Source: an uncultured Gemmatimonadales bacterium
Lineage (GTDB): Bacteria > Gemmatimonadota > Gemmatimonadetes > Longimicrobiales > Longimicrobiaceae
Assembly: GCA_963716255.1 (NCBI GenBank)
Contig: OY970303.1
Span: 2,912,001 to 2,976,000 of the forward strand
DNA length: 64,000 nucleotides
Direction of reading: 5' to 3'
How positions within the stretch are numbered: position 1 is the first letter of the stretch; each line of letters begins with the position of its first letter. The notes under the pieces are model-generated. The model was not told the DNA's origin and did no database searches. It saw only the letters and a list, made by a program, of their open reading frames with translations. A program made the position numbers and the translations under genes. Below are positions 1 to 8,321 of this stretch, one piece after another.

Positions 1-380
1 CCAGGCCGCTGTCCCAGGACTCCGGGGTCGCGTCCTACCCCACCCTGGGCCTGGAGATCGAGCACGACGGGGAACAGGTGGGCTCCTTCGCCTGCCTGTT
101 CCAGCCCCGGCGCGCCGGTCGCCGCGCCGGCAGGAGCTCCACGTTCCACCCGTGCGAGATCGCGCTCCAGCGCGCGGACGGCGAGAGCGTCCGCATCACC
201 GCCGACACCACGCTGGATGAGGTCCAGGAGCAGCTGGGCAGCGATACCGTCCACCGGGACGACGACGGCTCCATGCTTCAGGTGAGGATAGGCGACGCGT
301 GGCTCTACTTCGACTTCGACACCGACGGCTACCTGCGCGCCCTCGACATCGAGCCCGAGCCGGAGCCCGGGGAGTCCTGA
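1..380 (+). CDS. Hypothetical protein, 5'-truncated by the window edge; paralog of 429..959
   Basis: Frame is open from base 3 to the stop at 380. Aligns by eye with the next ORF (F.PC.I.L…GE.V.ITADT…W(L)..F…D..LR.LDIEP). Confidence 0.75.
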   Translation, partial: RPLSQDSGVASYPTLGLEIEHDGEQVGSFACLFQPRRAGRRAGRSSTFHPCEIALQRADGESVRITADTTLDEVQEQLGSDTVHRDDDGSMLQVRIGDAWLYFDFDTDGYLRALDIEPEPEPGES

Positions 381-428
381 CCCGCCCGGCCGAGCCTCCG
401 CGAACCCCCTCCACCCGCACGCCCGCCG

Positions 429-959
429 ATGTCCATCCTCGAATACTTCCGGCGCGACCCCACGCACGCCTGGCCGGAGGTCAGGCCGGTCCCGCTCGTC
501 TACGACCTCGCCCGCCGGGAGCTGAACGGCATTCCCCTGGGAGCGCCCACGGACCGGCTGCGCCAGCTCGGGCGCCCGGGCAACCGCAGGCCCTCGTGGA
601 TCGGGATCTTCGGCTTTCCGCGCCTGGGCATCCAGGTCCACCTCGGCGTGGGCCGCGTGAGGTCCGTGTCCTGCGTGTTCCAGGCGAAGCTCGCAGACAC
701 CGAAGTCGCGGACCACCCCGACTTCTGGCCCTGCAAGATCGAGCTTCGCTCGGGCGGCGGAGAGCGCGTCCCCATCACTGCCGACACAGGGCGTGAGGAG
801 ATCGAGCGGCGGCTCGGCCCGCTCACCCGCGACCGGTCGGAGCCCGCCTTTTCCGTCCTCGGCGTCGAGGTGGACGGCGTGTGGCTCAGCTTCGAGCTCG
901 GCTCCGACGATCGCCTGCGCATCCTCGACATCGAGCCCGACGACCCCGTCCAGCCCTGA
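429..959 (+). CDS. Hypothetical protein (tandem paralog pair)
   Basis: 176-aa ORF with normal GC3 codon usage; similar to the upstream ORF. Confidence 0.8.
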   Translation: MSILEYFRRDPTHAWPEVRPVPLVYDLARRELNGIPLGAPTDRLRQLGRPGNRRPSWIGIFGFPRLGIQVHLGVGRVRSVSCVFQAKLADTEVADHPDFWPCKIELRSGGGERVPITADTGREEIERRLGPLTRDRSEPAFSVLGVEVDGVWLSFELGSDDRLRILDIEPDDPVQP

Positions 960-1078
960 CCCGTCGCCCGGCCAGGCTCATCATGGGATCGTTGCCTCTA
1001 ACCAGAATGGCGCTTAACGTGCTCTCTCCCTCTCGCACCCGCACAACTCGCGGGCCCACTGATTCACCGGAGGACGTC

Positions 1079-1315
1079 ATGAGCCGTTCGTTCATCCACC
1101 TGCGTCGTGCGCTGTTCGGCCTCTCCTGCGCGATCGTGTTCGGGTTCGGCGCCACGCAGGCGCTCGCGGCCCCTCAACAGTCGCGGGTTGACAAGCTGTG
1201 CCCGTATACCTTGATCGCGTACCCGTACATCACCTCGGAATGCATAGAATACTGCAACGACCTTGGCTACTTCGATGGCGAATGCCGCAGTACCGGGTGC
1301 ACCTGTAGGAACTGA
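1079..1315 (+). CDS. Secreted cysteine-rich CSαβ-defensin-like peptide (78 aa)
   Basis: GGAGG RBS before ATG 1079; signal peptide ending TQALA; mature region C-x13-C-x3-C-x9-C-x4-C-x-C with a GxC motif. Confidence 0.8.
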   Translation: MSRSFIHLRRALFGLSCAIVFGFGATQALAAPQQSRVDKLCPYTLIAYPYITSECIEYCNDLGYFDGECRSTGCTCRN

Positions 1316-1345
1316 ATGGCTCCTAAACTTCCGCCGCCGCCAGTC

Positions 1346-1390
1346 GCGAGAGCCCCGGCCAGGTCTGTCCGATCCGGGGCTCTCGCTTGT
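1346..1390 (+). terminator. Hairpin downstream of the defensin-like gene
   Basis: GCGAGAGCCCCGG…CCGGGGCTCTCGC inverted repeat followed by TTGT. Confidence 0.5.
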
Positions 1391-1496
1391 GTGCCTGTGT
1401 ATTCGCACGTCATGCTTTAACGAACTTCAAACCCCATGGTATGAGGCTTCGTCGAGCACATAATTCCAAAAAACAAAAGACCCGGCGGGTGCCGGG

Positions 1497-1946
1497 TCAG
1501 ACCGCGGCGTGGGAGCCGAGGCGGGTGAGCAGGTCGGCGAGGTGCGCCTGCTCGTCTTCGGAAAGGCCGGCAAGCAGGTCGGCCTCGGCGGCGGCCTGGG
1601 CGCGGGCGCCGGCCTCGTAGGCGCGGCGGCCTTCCGCGGTGAGCGTGGCGAGCACACTGCGGCGGTCGCCCGGGTCGGGGACGCGCTTCACCAGCCCGTC
1701 CGCCTCCAGCCGGTCCACCAGCTGCGTGACGTTGGAGCGCACGCACGACAGCCGCTCCGCGAGCTGCCCCAGGGGGAGCGACTCCCCCGCCGCCACCAGG
1801 TGGCGCAGCACGCCCATCTTGGCCAGCGAGAGCCCCGCCGGCTCCAGGCTCCGTTCGATCCGGTCGCCCACGCAGGACCCCGTGTGCAGGATCCGCAGTG
1901 CCAGCGAGGCTGCGCCGCAGGGCTTGGTTTCTTCCCACTCGTTCAT
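1497..1946 (-). CDS. MarR-family transcriptional regulator
   Basis: wHTH signature VTQLVDRLEADGLVKRVPDPGDRRSVLATLTAEG. Confidence 0.93.
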   Translation of the reverse strand: MNEWEETKPCGAASLALRILHTGSCVGDRIERSLEPAGLSLAKMGVLRHLVAAGESLPLGQLAERLSCVRSNVTQLVDRLEADGLVKRVPDPGDRRSVLATLTAEGRRAYEAGARAQAAAEADLLAGLSEDEQAHLADLLTRLGSHAAV

Positions 1947-2036
1947 CCCTGGAAGTTGCCGGTTTCCGGGCGCCCGGTCAAGGCGCGCCGCGGCCCCGCG
2001 CGTCCACCCGGCCGCACGACGATCCGAACGAAACCC

Positions 2037-2070
2037 TTGACATGCGGATTGCTAATACGTATTAGCAATC
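2037..2070 (+). promoter_or_regulatory. Sigma70-like -35 box plus 24-bp perfect palindrome (probable LacI-type operator)
   Basis: TTGACA at 2037-2042. GATTGCTAATAC|GTATTAGCAATC at 2047-2070 has a central CG and abuts the lacI-family ATG. Confidence 0.75.
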
Positions 2071-3138
2071 ATGTCCACGTCCTTTCCCCGCCCGGTCACC
2101 GCCCACGACGTCGCCCGCGCGGCCGGTGTGTCCCAGGCGACGGTGTCGCTGGTGCTGGGGGGGAACCCGCGGGCGCGCATCGCCGTGGCGACGCGGGAAA
2201 AGGTGCTGCGGGCCGCGGAGGAGCTGGGATACCGCCCCAACATCCTGGCGCGGGGGCTGGTGCGGGGGCGCTCGTACGCGCTGGGGGTGATCGTCCCGGA
2301 CCTGGCCAACCCGTTCTTTTTGGACGTGGTGCGGGGGATCGAGCGGGTGGCGGCGGAGACGGGGTACGCCGTGCTCCTGTGCGACGCCCGGGACACCCCG
2401 GCGGCGCGGCACCTGGAGGCGCTGCGGGCGCGGCAGATCGACGGGGTGATCCTGGACCCGTCCGGTGCCGACTCGCTCCCGGGCGACGCGCTCACCGACC
2501 TGAACGTGGTGGTGGCCGACCGCCCCACAGACCGGTTTCCCGGGGTGGCGAGCGACGCCGAGGCCGCGGGGCGCCTGGCCGCCGGGCACCTGCTGGGGCT
2601 GGGGCACCGCGAGCTGGCGTTCATCGGGCCGGCCAGCGAGGAACACGCCTTCCGCATGCGCGAGCGCGGCTTCGCGAAGGCGCTGCGCGCCGCGGGGGTG
2701 GCTCTCCCCTCCCCCCGGCTGCGGCGCGGCCCGGCCACGGTAGCCGGCGGGGAAGCGGCCATGCGGGCCCTGCTGGCGGTGAAGACGGGGCGCCCCACCG
2801 GGGTGTTCTGCGCCAACGACCTGGCCGCGCTGGGCGCGCTCAAGGCGTGCGCCGCCGCCGGGGTGCCGGTCCCGCGGGCGATGTCGGTGGTGGGGTGCGA
2901 CGACATCGAGATGGCGCGCGTGGTCACCCCGGAGCTGACCACCGTCGCCGTCCCCGCCCGGGAGCTGGGCGCCCGCGCCGCCCGCCTCCTCCTCCGCCAG
3001 ATCGAGGGAAAGCCGGACACGAGGCCCGGCCGGCTGCTCCCGGTGAAGCTGGTGGCGAGGGGCACCACGGCAGGCCCTCACCCGGCGGCCTCCGAGCCGC
3101 CACCCTCTCCCGATTCCGGGAGAGGGGAGAACGGCTGA
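2071..3138 (+). CDS. LacI-family transcriptional regulator
   Basis: N-terminal HTH TAHDVARAAGVSQATVSLVL, YRPN hinge, VFCANDLAALG, SVVGCDD, LTTV. Confidence 0.96.
   Translation: MSTSFPRPVTAHDVARAAGVSQATVSLVLGGNPRARIAVATREKVLRAAEELGYRPNILARGLVRGRSYALGVIVPDLANPFFLDVVRGIERVAAETGYAVLLCDARDTPAARHLEALRARQIDGVILDPSGADSLPGDALTDLNVVVADRPTDRFPGVASDAEAAGRLAAGHLLGLGHRELAFIGPASEEHAFRMRERGFAKALRAAGVALPSPRLRRGPATVAGGEAAMRALLAVKTGRPTGVFCANDLAALGALKACAAAGVPVPRAMSVVGCDDIEMARVVTPELTTVAVPARELGARAARLLLRQIEGKPDTRPGRLLPVKLVARGTTAGPHPAASEPPPSPDSGRGENG
3074..3128. repeat. REP-like family C element overlapping the LacI 3' end
   Basis: CCCTCACCCGGCGGC…GCCGCCACCCTCTCCCGATTCCGGGAGAGGGG; near copy at ~47224-47277. Confidence 0.65.
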
Positions 3139-3188
3139 GGAGCACAGGTCGGTGCAGTTGCAGTTCCCATGGTTCCCGAAAGATGTGC

Positions 3189-3330
3189 GGAGGGAGACTC
3201 GCCGGCAGTTTGGCGAGGCTCACTCCGGCGGAGGGAAACCCGCCGGCGCCGCAGTTCAAAGGCGCTGTGCGGGGTTCCCGGAGCCCGCGGAGGAGACCGG
3301 CGGGGCAGTTTCCGCCGGGCTCCGGAGCGG
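3189..3330. repeat. Structured repeat family B, copy 1
   Basis: GGAGGGAGAC…GGCTCACTCCGGCGGAGGGAAACCCGCC…GGTTCCCGGAGCCCGCG…GGCTCCGGAGCGG, also at 42410 and 47318. Confidence 0.85.
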
Positions 3331-3374
3331 TCCACCAGACCTGACGCAATCAAGCTCACACGATCAAAAACCCC

Positions 3375-4406
3375 ATGCGGCACGCTGTCATCACCGGCAC
3401 CGGCTCCTTCGTCCCCGAGCGCGTCCTCAGCAACGCGGACCTTTCGCGCATGCTGGGGGAGGACGTGGACGACTTCGTCCGGGGCACGCTGGGGATCCGG
3501 GAGCGGCACGTGTGCGGGCCGGACGAGTCCACCGCCGACCTGGCGGAGGAAGCGGCGCGGCGCGCTCTCGCCGACGCCGGGATCGGGCCGGAGGACGTGG
3601 ACCTGCTCATCGTTTCCACGGACACGCCGGAGTACGTGTCGCCGGCCACCTCGTCGGTGCTGCACGGGCGGCTGGGGATGCCGGGGCGGGTGGGCACCTT
3701 CGACGTCAACAGCGCCTGCGCCGGCTTCGCCACGGCGCTGGACGTGGGGTGGAAGTACCTGCGCGCGGACGAGCGCTACCACCGGGTGCTGGTGGTGGCC
3801 GTCTACGCCATGAGCAAGTTCCTGGACTACGCGGACAAGAAGACGGCCACCATCTTCGCGGACGGCGCCGGCGCCGTGGTGCTGGAAGCGTCCGCCGAGC
3901 CGGGGATCCTGGCCTCGGAGCTGTTCGCGGACGGGGCGCTCTCGGACGGGATGGGGGTGTTCGCGGGGGGGACGGCGGAGCCGGTCACCGAGGAGGTCCT
4001 GCGCGACGGAACGCGCAACCGGCTGCGCTTCGTCCGCAAGTACCCCAGGCAGGTGAACGAGGAGGGGTGGCCGCGCATCGTCCGCTCGGTGCTGGAGCGC
4101 GCGGGCGCGGGAGTGGAGGAGGTGGACCTGTGGCTGTGGACGCAGGTCAACCGCTCCACCATCGAGGTGGTGATGAACCGACTGGGCGAGCCCATGGACA
4201 AGGCGCACACGGTGATGGACAAGTGGGGATACACGGGCTCGGCCTGCCTCCCCATGGCGCTGGACGACGCGGCGCGCGCGGGGCGCCTGCACCCGGGCGA
4301 CCTGGTGGTGCTCACCGGCTCGGGGGCGGGGCTGTCCATGGGGTGCGTGGCGCTGCGCTGGACCCGCGGCGGCGGCGGCAACGGCGCGGGGAGCGGCCAT
4401 GAGTGA
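3375..4406 (+). CDS. 3-oxoacyl-ACP synthase III (FabH/thiolase-fold)-like enzyme with non-canonical active site
   Basis: ITGTGSFVPE.V.SN, GIRERH, SACAGF (catalytic Cys), FADGAGAVVL. HQAN is replaced by TQVN and GNTS by GYTG. Confidence 0.9.
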   Translation: MRHAVITGTGSFVPERVLSNADLSRMLGEDVDDFVRGTLGIRERHVCGPDESTADLAEEAARRALADAGIGPEDVDLLIVSTDTPEYVSPATSSVLHGRLGMPGRVGTFDVNSACAGFATALDVGWKYLRADERYHRVLVVAVYAMSKFLDYADKKTATIFADGAGAVVLEASAEPGILASELFADGALSDGMGVFAGGTAEPVTEEVLRDGTRNRLRFVRKYPRQVNEEGWPRIVRSVLERAGAGVEEVDLWLWTQVNRSTIEVVMNRLGEPMDKAHTVMDKWGYTGSACLPMALDDAARAGRLHPGDLVVLTGSGAGLSMGCVALRWTRGGGGNGAGSGHE

Positions 4407-6198
4407 GACCGCGCTTTCCGTGTTCCTGGAGCGCGTGGAGCGCTACGGCGACCGCGTCGCCTTCCGCGTGCTGGCGGCCGGCGGGGCGGCGCGCGACGAG
4501 GCGATCACCTGGCGCCGCTGGGGCGAGGACGCCCGGCGCTTCGCGGCGGCGCTGGTGGCCTCGGGGCACCGGCCGGGCGAGGCGGTGGCGACCTTCGCGG
4601 GGAACCGGCCGCTCTGGCCTGTGGCGGACCTGGGGACCCTCATGGCGGGCGGGGTGAGCGTGGGGCTGTATCCCACCAGCAGCCCGGAGCAGCTGGGCCG
4701 CCTCCTGGCCGATTCGGGCGCGGTGGTGGCGGTCGTCGACACGGCGGAGCGGCTGTCCGCCGTGACGCAGGTGCGCACCGGGGCGCCGCGGCTGCACACG
4801 GTGGTGTGCGAGCGGCTGCGCCCCTCGCGCACCTGGACGCTGGGGTGGGAGGCCTGGCTGGCGCGCGGGGCGCGCGCCCTCGCCGGGGGGGACGTGGCCG
4901 CCGAGCTGGAGCGGCGCGCCGCCCGCACGGCCCCGGACGACGTGGCGCTGCTCATCTACACCTCCGGCTCCACCGGCGAGGCCCGGGGGGCGCGCATCAC
5001 CCACCGCTACCTGCTGGACTCGGCGCTCTCCATCCGCGGGGCGCTGGGGCTGGAGGAGGACGACACGGGCCTTTCCTTTCTCCCCTTCTGCCACGGCGCG
5101 GAGCGCGTCTTCGGGCTGTACACGCGCATCGTCTGCGGGATGGAGGCGGGGCTGGTGGAGGACCACGCCCGCGTGTGGGAGGCGGCGCGCGCCTACGCGC
5201 CCACCGTGTTCGGCGGGCTGCCGCGCTTCTACGAGAAGGCGTACGAGGCGCTGCGCGCGGAGCAGGAGCGGGCCCCCGCGGAGGAGAGGCCGCGCTGGGA
5301 GCGCACGCTGGCGCTGGGGCGCGAGCGCTCGCGGCTGCGCCAGGCGGGGGAGCCGGTGCCGGCGGAGCTGGAGGCGGAGTGGCGGGAGGTGGGCGCGCCG
5401 CTCTTCGAGCGGGTGACGGCGCTCTTCGGGGGGCGGGTGCGGCGCGCCACCTCCGGCGGGGCCACACTGCCGCGGGCGGTGGCGGAGTACCTGGACGCGC
5501 TGGGGCTGACCGTGCTGGGCGCCTACGGGATGACGGAGCACCTGTGCGTGGCCTTCAACCGGCCGGACCGCTACACCCTGGACTCCTCCGGCCCCGCCAT
5601 GCCGGGGACGGAGCTGCGCATCGCGGCGGACGGCGAGGTGCTGGTGCGGCGCGGGCCGCTCACCTTCGACGGCTACCACGGACGCCCGGAGGCCAGCCGC
5701 GACGCCTTTTCCGCGGACGGCGAGTGGCTGCTCAGCGGCGACCTGGGCGAGGTGGGGGCGGACGGCTGCCTGCGCATCACCGGGCGCAAGAAGGAGCTGA
5801 TCGCGCTTTCCAGCGGCAAGAAGGTGGCGCCGCTCCCCATCGAGGCGCTGCTGGTGCAGGACCCCTGGATCGGCCAGGCCATGCTGTACGGCGAGGGGCG
5901 GCACTTCGTCACCGCGCTGCTGGCGCTGCGCCGCCCGGTGGTGGAGGCGTGGGCCGCGGAGCGGGGGATGGGGGACGGCTTCCACGCCCTGCTCGCCCAC
6001 CCCGAGGTCACGGCCCGCGTGCAGGCCGCGGTGGACCGGGTGAACGCGGGCCTTTCCCGCCCCGAGCAGGTGCGCCGCTGGATCCTCCTGGAGCGCGAGC
6101 TCAGCGCCGAGGAGAACGAGCTCACCCCCACGCTCAAGCTCCGCCGCCCCGTCGTCGCGGACCGCTACCGCGACCGGATGGAAGCCCTCTACTCGTGA
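4399..6198 (+). CDS. Long-chain acyl-CoA synthetase (AMP-binding, FAA1/FadD15-like)
   Basis: [50 protein letters not shown]. Confidence 0.93.
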   Translation: MSETALSVFLERVERYGDRVAFRVLAAGGAARDEAITWRRWGEDARRFAAALVASGHRPGEAVATFAGNRPLWPVADLGTLMAGGVSVGLYPTSSPEQLGRLLADSGAVVAVVDTAERLSAVTQVRTGAPRLHTVVCERLRPSRTWTLGWEAWLARGARALAGGDVAAELERRAARTAPDDVALLIYTSGSTGEARGARITHRYLLDSALSIRGALGLEEDDTGLSFLPFCHGAERVFGLYTRIVCGMEAGLVEDHARVWEAARAYAPTVFGGLPRFYEKAYEALRAEQERAPAEERPRWERTLALGRERSRLRQAGEPVPAELEAEWREVGAPLFERVTALFGGRVRRATSGGATLPRAVAEYLDALGLTVLGAYGMTEHLCVAFNRPDRYTLDSSGPAMPGTELRIAADGEVLVRRGPLTFDGYHGRPEASRDAFSADGEWLLSGDLGEVGADGCLRITGRKKELIALSSGKKVAPLPIEALLVQDPWIGQAMLYGEGRHFVTALLALRRPVVEAWAAERGMGDGFHALLAHPEVTARVQAAVDRVNAGLSRPEQVRRWILLERELSAEENELTPTLKLRRPVVADRYRDRMEALYS

Positions 6199-6203
6199 CC
6201 CCG

Positions 6204-6722
6204 ATGACGAAGCGCACCTCGCTCGCCGCCCTGCTCCTGGCCACGCTGCTGATCGCCGCGGCGTACGCGTCCGCCTTCCTCCCCGGCGGGACGCCGCCCT
6301 GGGGTCCCTGGCTCATGGCCGCCGGCGTCCCCCTGGTCCTGGTGTCCGTCATGGTCCTGGGGGCGGTGCGGAGCGGGGAGGGGATGGGGCGGCTGGCGTG
6401 GCCGTTCGCGTTCGTGGGGGGAATCCTGGGCGCGGGGTTCCTGCTCGCGCTCGGCCTGCCCGCCGACGAGGCCGCCGGCGTGGCGCTCTACCTGGGCCTC
6501 CCGCTCCGCGCCTCCATCATCCTGTACGGGATCGGGCTCCTCCCCATCGTGATCCTGCCGGTGGCGTACGCGCTCACCTTCGACGCGATGACGCTGAACG
6601 CCGGGGACGTGGAAAGGGTGCGGCTCGCCGGGGAGGAGTGGGCCCGCGGCCGCGCCGCCCCGCCGGAGTCCGCCGCGGCCACGGGCGAGGGCTCCACCCC
6701 CGGCGCGGGAGCGCTCCGTTGA
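6204..6722 (+). CDS. Small multi-pass membrane protein, probable symporter accessory subunit
   Basis: Four hydrophobic segments; its stop overlaps the TTG start of the symporter. Confidence 0.75.
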   Translation: MTKRTSLAALLLATLLIAAAYASAFLPGGTPPWGPWLMAAGVPLVLVSVMVLGAVRSGEGMGRLAWPFAFVGGILGAGFLLALGLPADEAAGVALYLGLPLRASIILYGIGLLPIVILPVAYALTFDAMTLNAGDVERVRLAGEEWARGRAAPPESAAATGEGSTPGAGALR

Positions 6723-8206
6723 GCCCCGACGTCATGACCGGGCAGCCGGCGATCGTCGCCGTGGCCGTCGCCTACTTCGCGGTGGTGGTCGCCATCAGCG
6801 TGTGGGCGACCCGGCGCACCCGCACGGCCAGCGACTTCTTCGTCGCCGGACACGGGATCGGCCTGGTGGCCCTCACCGTGGCCTCGGTCTCCACCTCGGT
6901 CTCCGGGTTCGCCTTCATCGGCGGCCCGGGGCTGATCTACAGCATCGGTCTGGGGGCCATGTTCATCGTGCTGCCCGCCTCGGTGACCAACGTGATGGGG
7001 GCCTGGGTGCTCGCGAAGCGGATGCGGCTCCTGGCGGAGGCGCGCGGGCTCATCACCGTCCCGGACGCGATCGGCGCGCGCTACCGCTCCCCCGCCGCGC
7101 AGGGTCTCTCGGGGATCGCCATGCTCGTCGCCATCGTGGGCTACATGGCCACCAACGCGCTGGCCATGGGCGTGGTGATCCACTCCATCTTCGGGATCGG
7201 GCTGGCGTGGGGGATCTGGCTGGGGATGGGGATCACCCTGGCGTACTCGGTGGCGGGCGGGATCCTGGCCGGGATCTACGTGGACGTGTTCCAGGGGACG
7301 CTGATGGCGCTCGCCTCCGTGCTGGTCTTCCTGTTCGTGCTGCGCGTGGGCGGCGGGATGGGGCGGATCTCGGAGACCATCCTGGCGGCGGACCCCGGCT
7401 TCATGGGGCCGTGGGGAAAGATCACGCCGCTCGCGGCGCTCTCGTTCTTCTTCGTCTTCGGGCTGGGGTCGCTGGGCCAGCCGCAGGGGGTCCACAAGTA
7501 CTACATGCTCCGCGACCCGCTCCAGCTGCGCTGGTACCCGCTCCTCAAGACGCTGGGGCTGATCCTGGTCCTGCTGCTCTACTTCGGGGTGGGCGTGGGG
7601 GTGAAGTCGCTGGTGGCGCGCGGCGCCCTCCCCCCGCTCGCCGCCCCCGACGAGGCGACGCCCACCTTCCTGCTGCGCTTCACCCCAGTGCTCCTGGCGG
7701 CCCTGGTCTTTTCCGGCGTGGCGGCGGCCACCATGAGCGCGGTGAACTCGTTCATCAACATCGGGGCGGCGGTGGTCACGCACGACCTTCCCGCCGCCTT
7801 CGGGCGGACGGTGAAGAACGAGCTGTTCTGGGGCCGGGTCTCCACGGTGGTGATCGCCCTGGCCGCCTCGCTCCTGGCCCAGTTCTCCGGCTCCATGGTG
7901 GCGTTCCTGGGAATCTTCGGCTGGGGACTGTTCGCCAGCACGCTGGTCCCGGCGCTGGCCATCGGCCTCAACTGGGAGGGCGCCACGCGCGAGGGCGCCA
8001 TCGCCTCCATCGCCGTCGGCCTGGTGGTGACGCTGGCGTTCGAGACGCTGGCCTTCTTCAAGGTCTACAGCTTTCCCACGGGCGTGACCGTGTCCGGCGC
8101 GGCGCTGGTGCTCTCCATCCTGGTGTTCTTCGGCGTGTCCTGGCTGACCCGCGGCGGCGCCGGCGCGGCCATCGACCCGGACGTGAAGCTGGTGATGGAA
8201 GTATGA
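6719..8206 (+). CDS. Sodium:solute symporter (SSS/PutP family)
   Basis: SDFFVAG, SGFAFIGGPG, DVFQG.LM, GQP, AATMSAVNS; many TM helices. Start is TTG 6719 or ATG 6734. Confidence 0.92.
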   Translation: MSPDVMTGQPAIVAVAVAYFAVVVAISVWATRRTRTASDFFVAGHGIGLVALTVASVSTSVSGFAFIGGPGLIYSIGLGAMFIVLPASVTNVMGAWVLAKRMRLLAEARGLITVPDAIGARYRSPAAQGLSGIAMLVAIVGYMATNALAMGVVIHSIFGIGLAWGIWLGMGITLAYSVAGGILAGIYVDVFQGTLMALASVLVFLFVLRVGGGMGRISETILAADPGFMGPWGKITPLAALSFFFVFGLGSLGQPQGVHKYYMLRDPLQLRWYPLLKTLGLILVLLLYFGVGVGVKSLVARGALPPLAAPDEATPTFLLRFTPVLLAALVFSGVAAATMSAVNSFINIGAAVVTHDLPAAFGRTVKNELFWGRVSTVVIALAASLLAQFSGSMVAFLGIFGWGLFASTLVPALAIGLNWEGATREGAIASIAVGLVVTLAFETLAFFKVYSFPTGVTVSGAALVLSILVFFGVSWLTRGGAGAAIDPDVKLVMEV

Positions 8207-8321
8207 GGATGAGCCACGCCCGCCGCCTGCACCCCCGCGGGGAGCGTTCGCCCCCGCAGCCCGGAGTCCGTCCGACCCGTCCGCGCGCCCGCCACCCCGG
8301 ACGCGCTCCTGTCCTCACACC

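Noticed and set aside
3189..3330. Family B copy as a riboswitch for the FabH-like operon
   Set aside because: The other two copies lie at 3' ends of unrelated minus-strand genes, so it behaves as a dispersed repeat; no known aptamer consensus seen.
3375..4406. Assigning the symbol fabH
   Set aside because: Catalytic His and Asn are substituted and there is no fab/ACP context.
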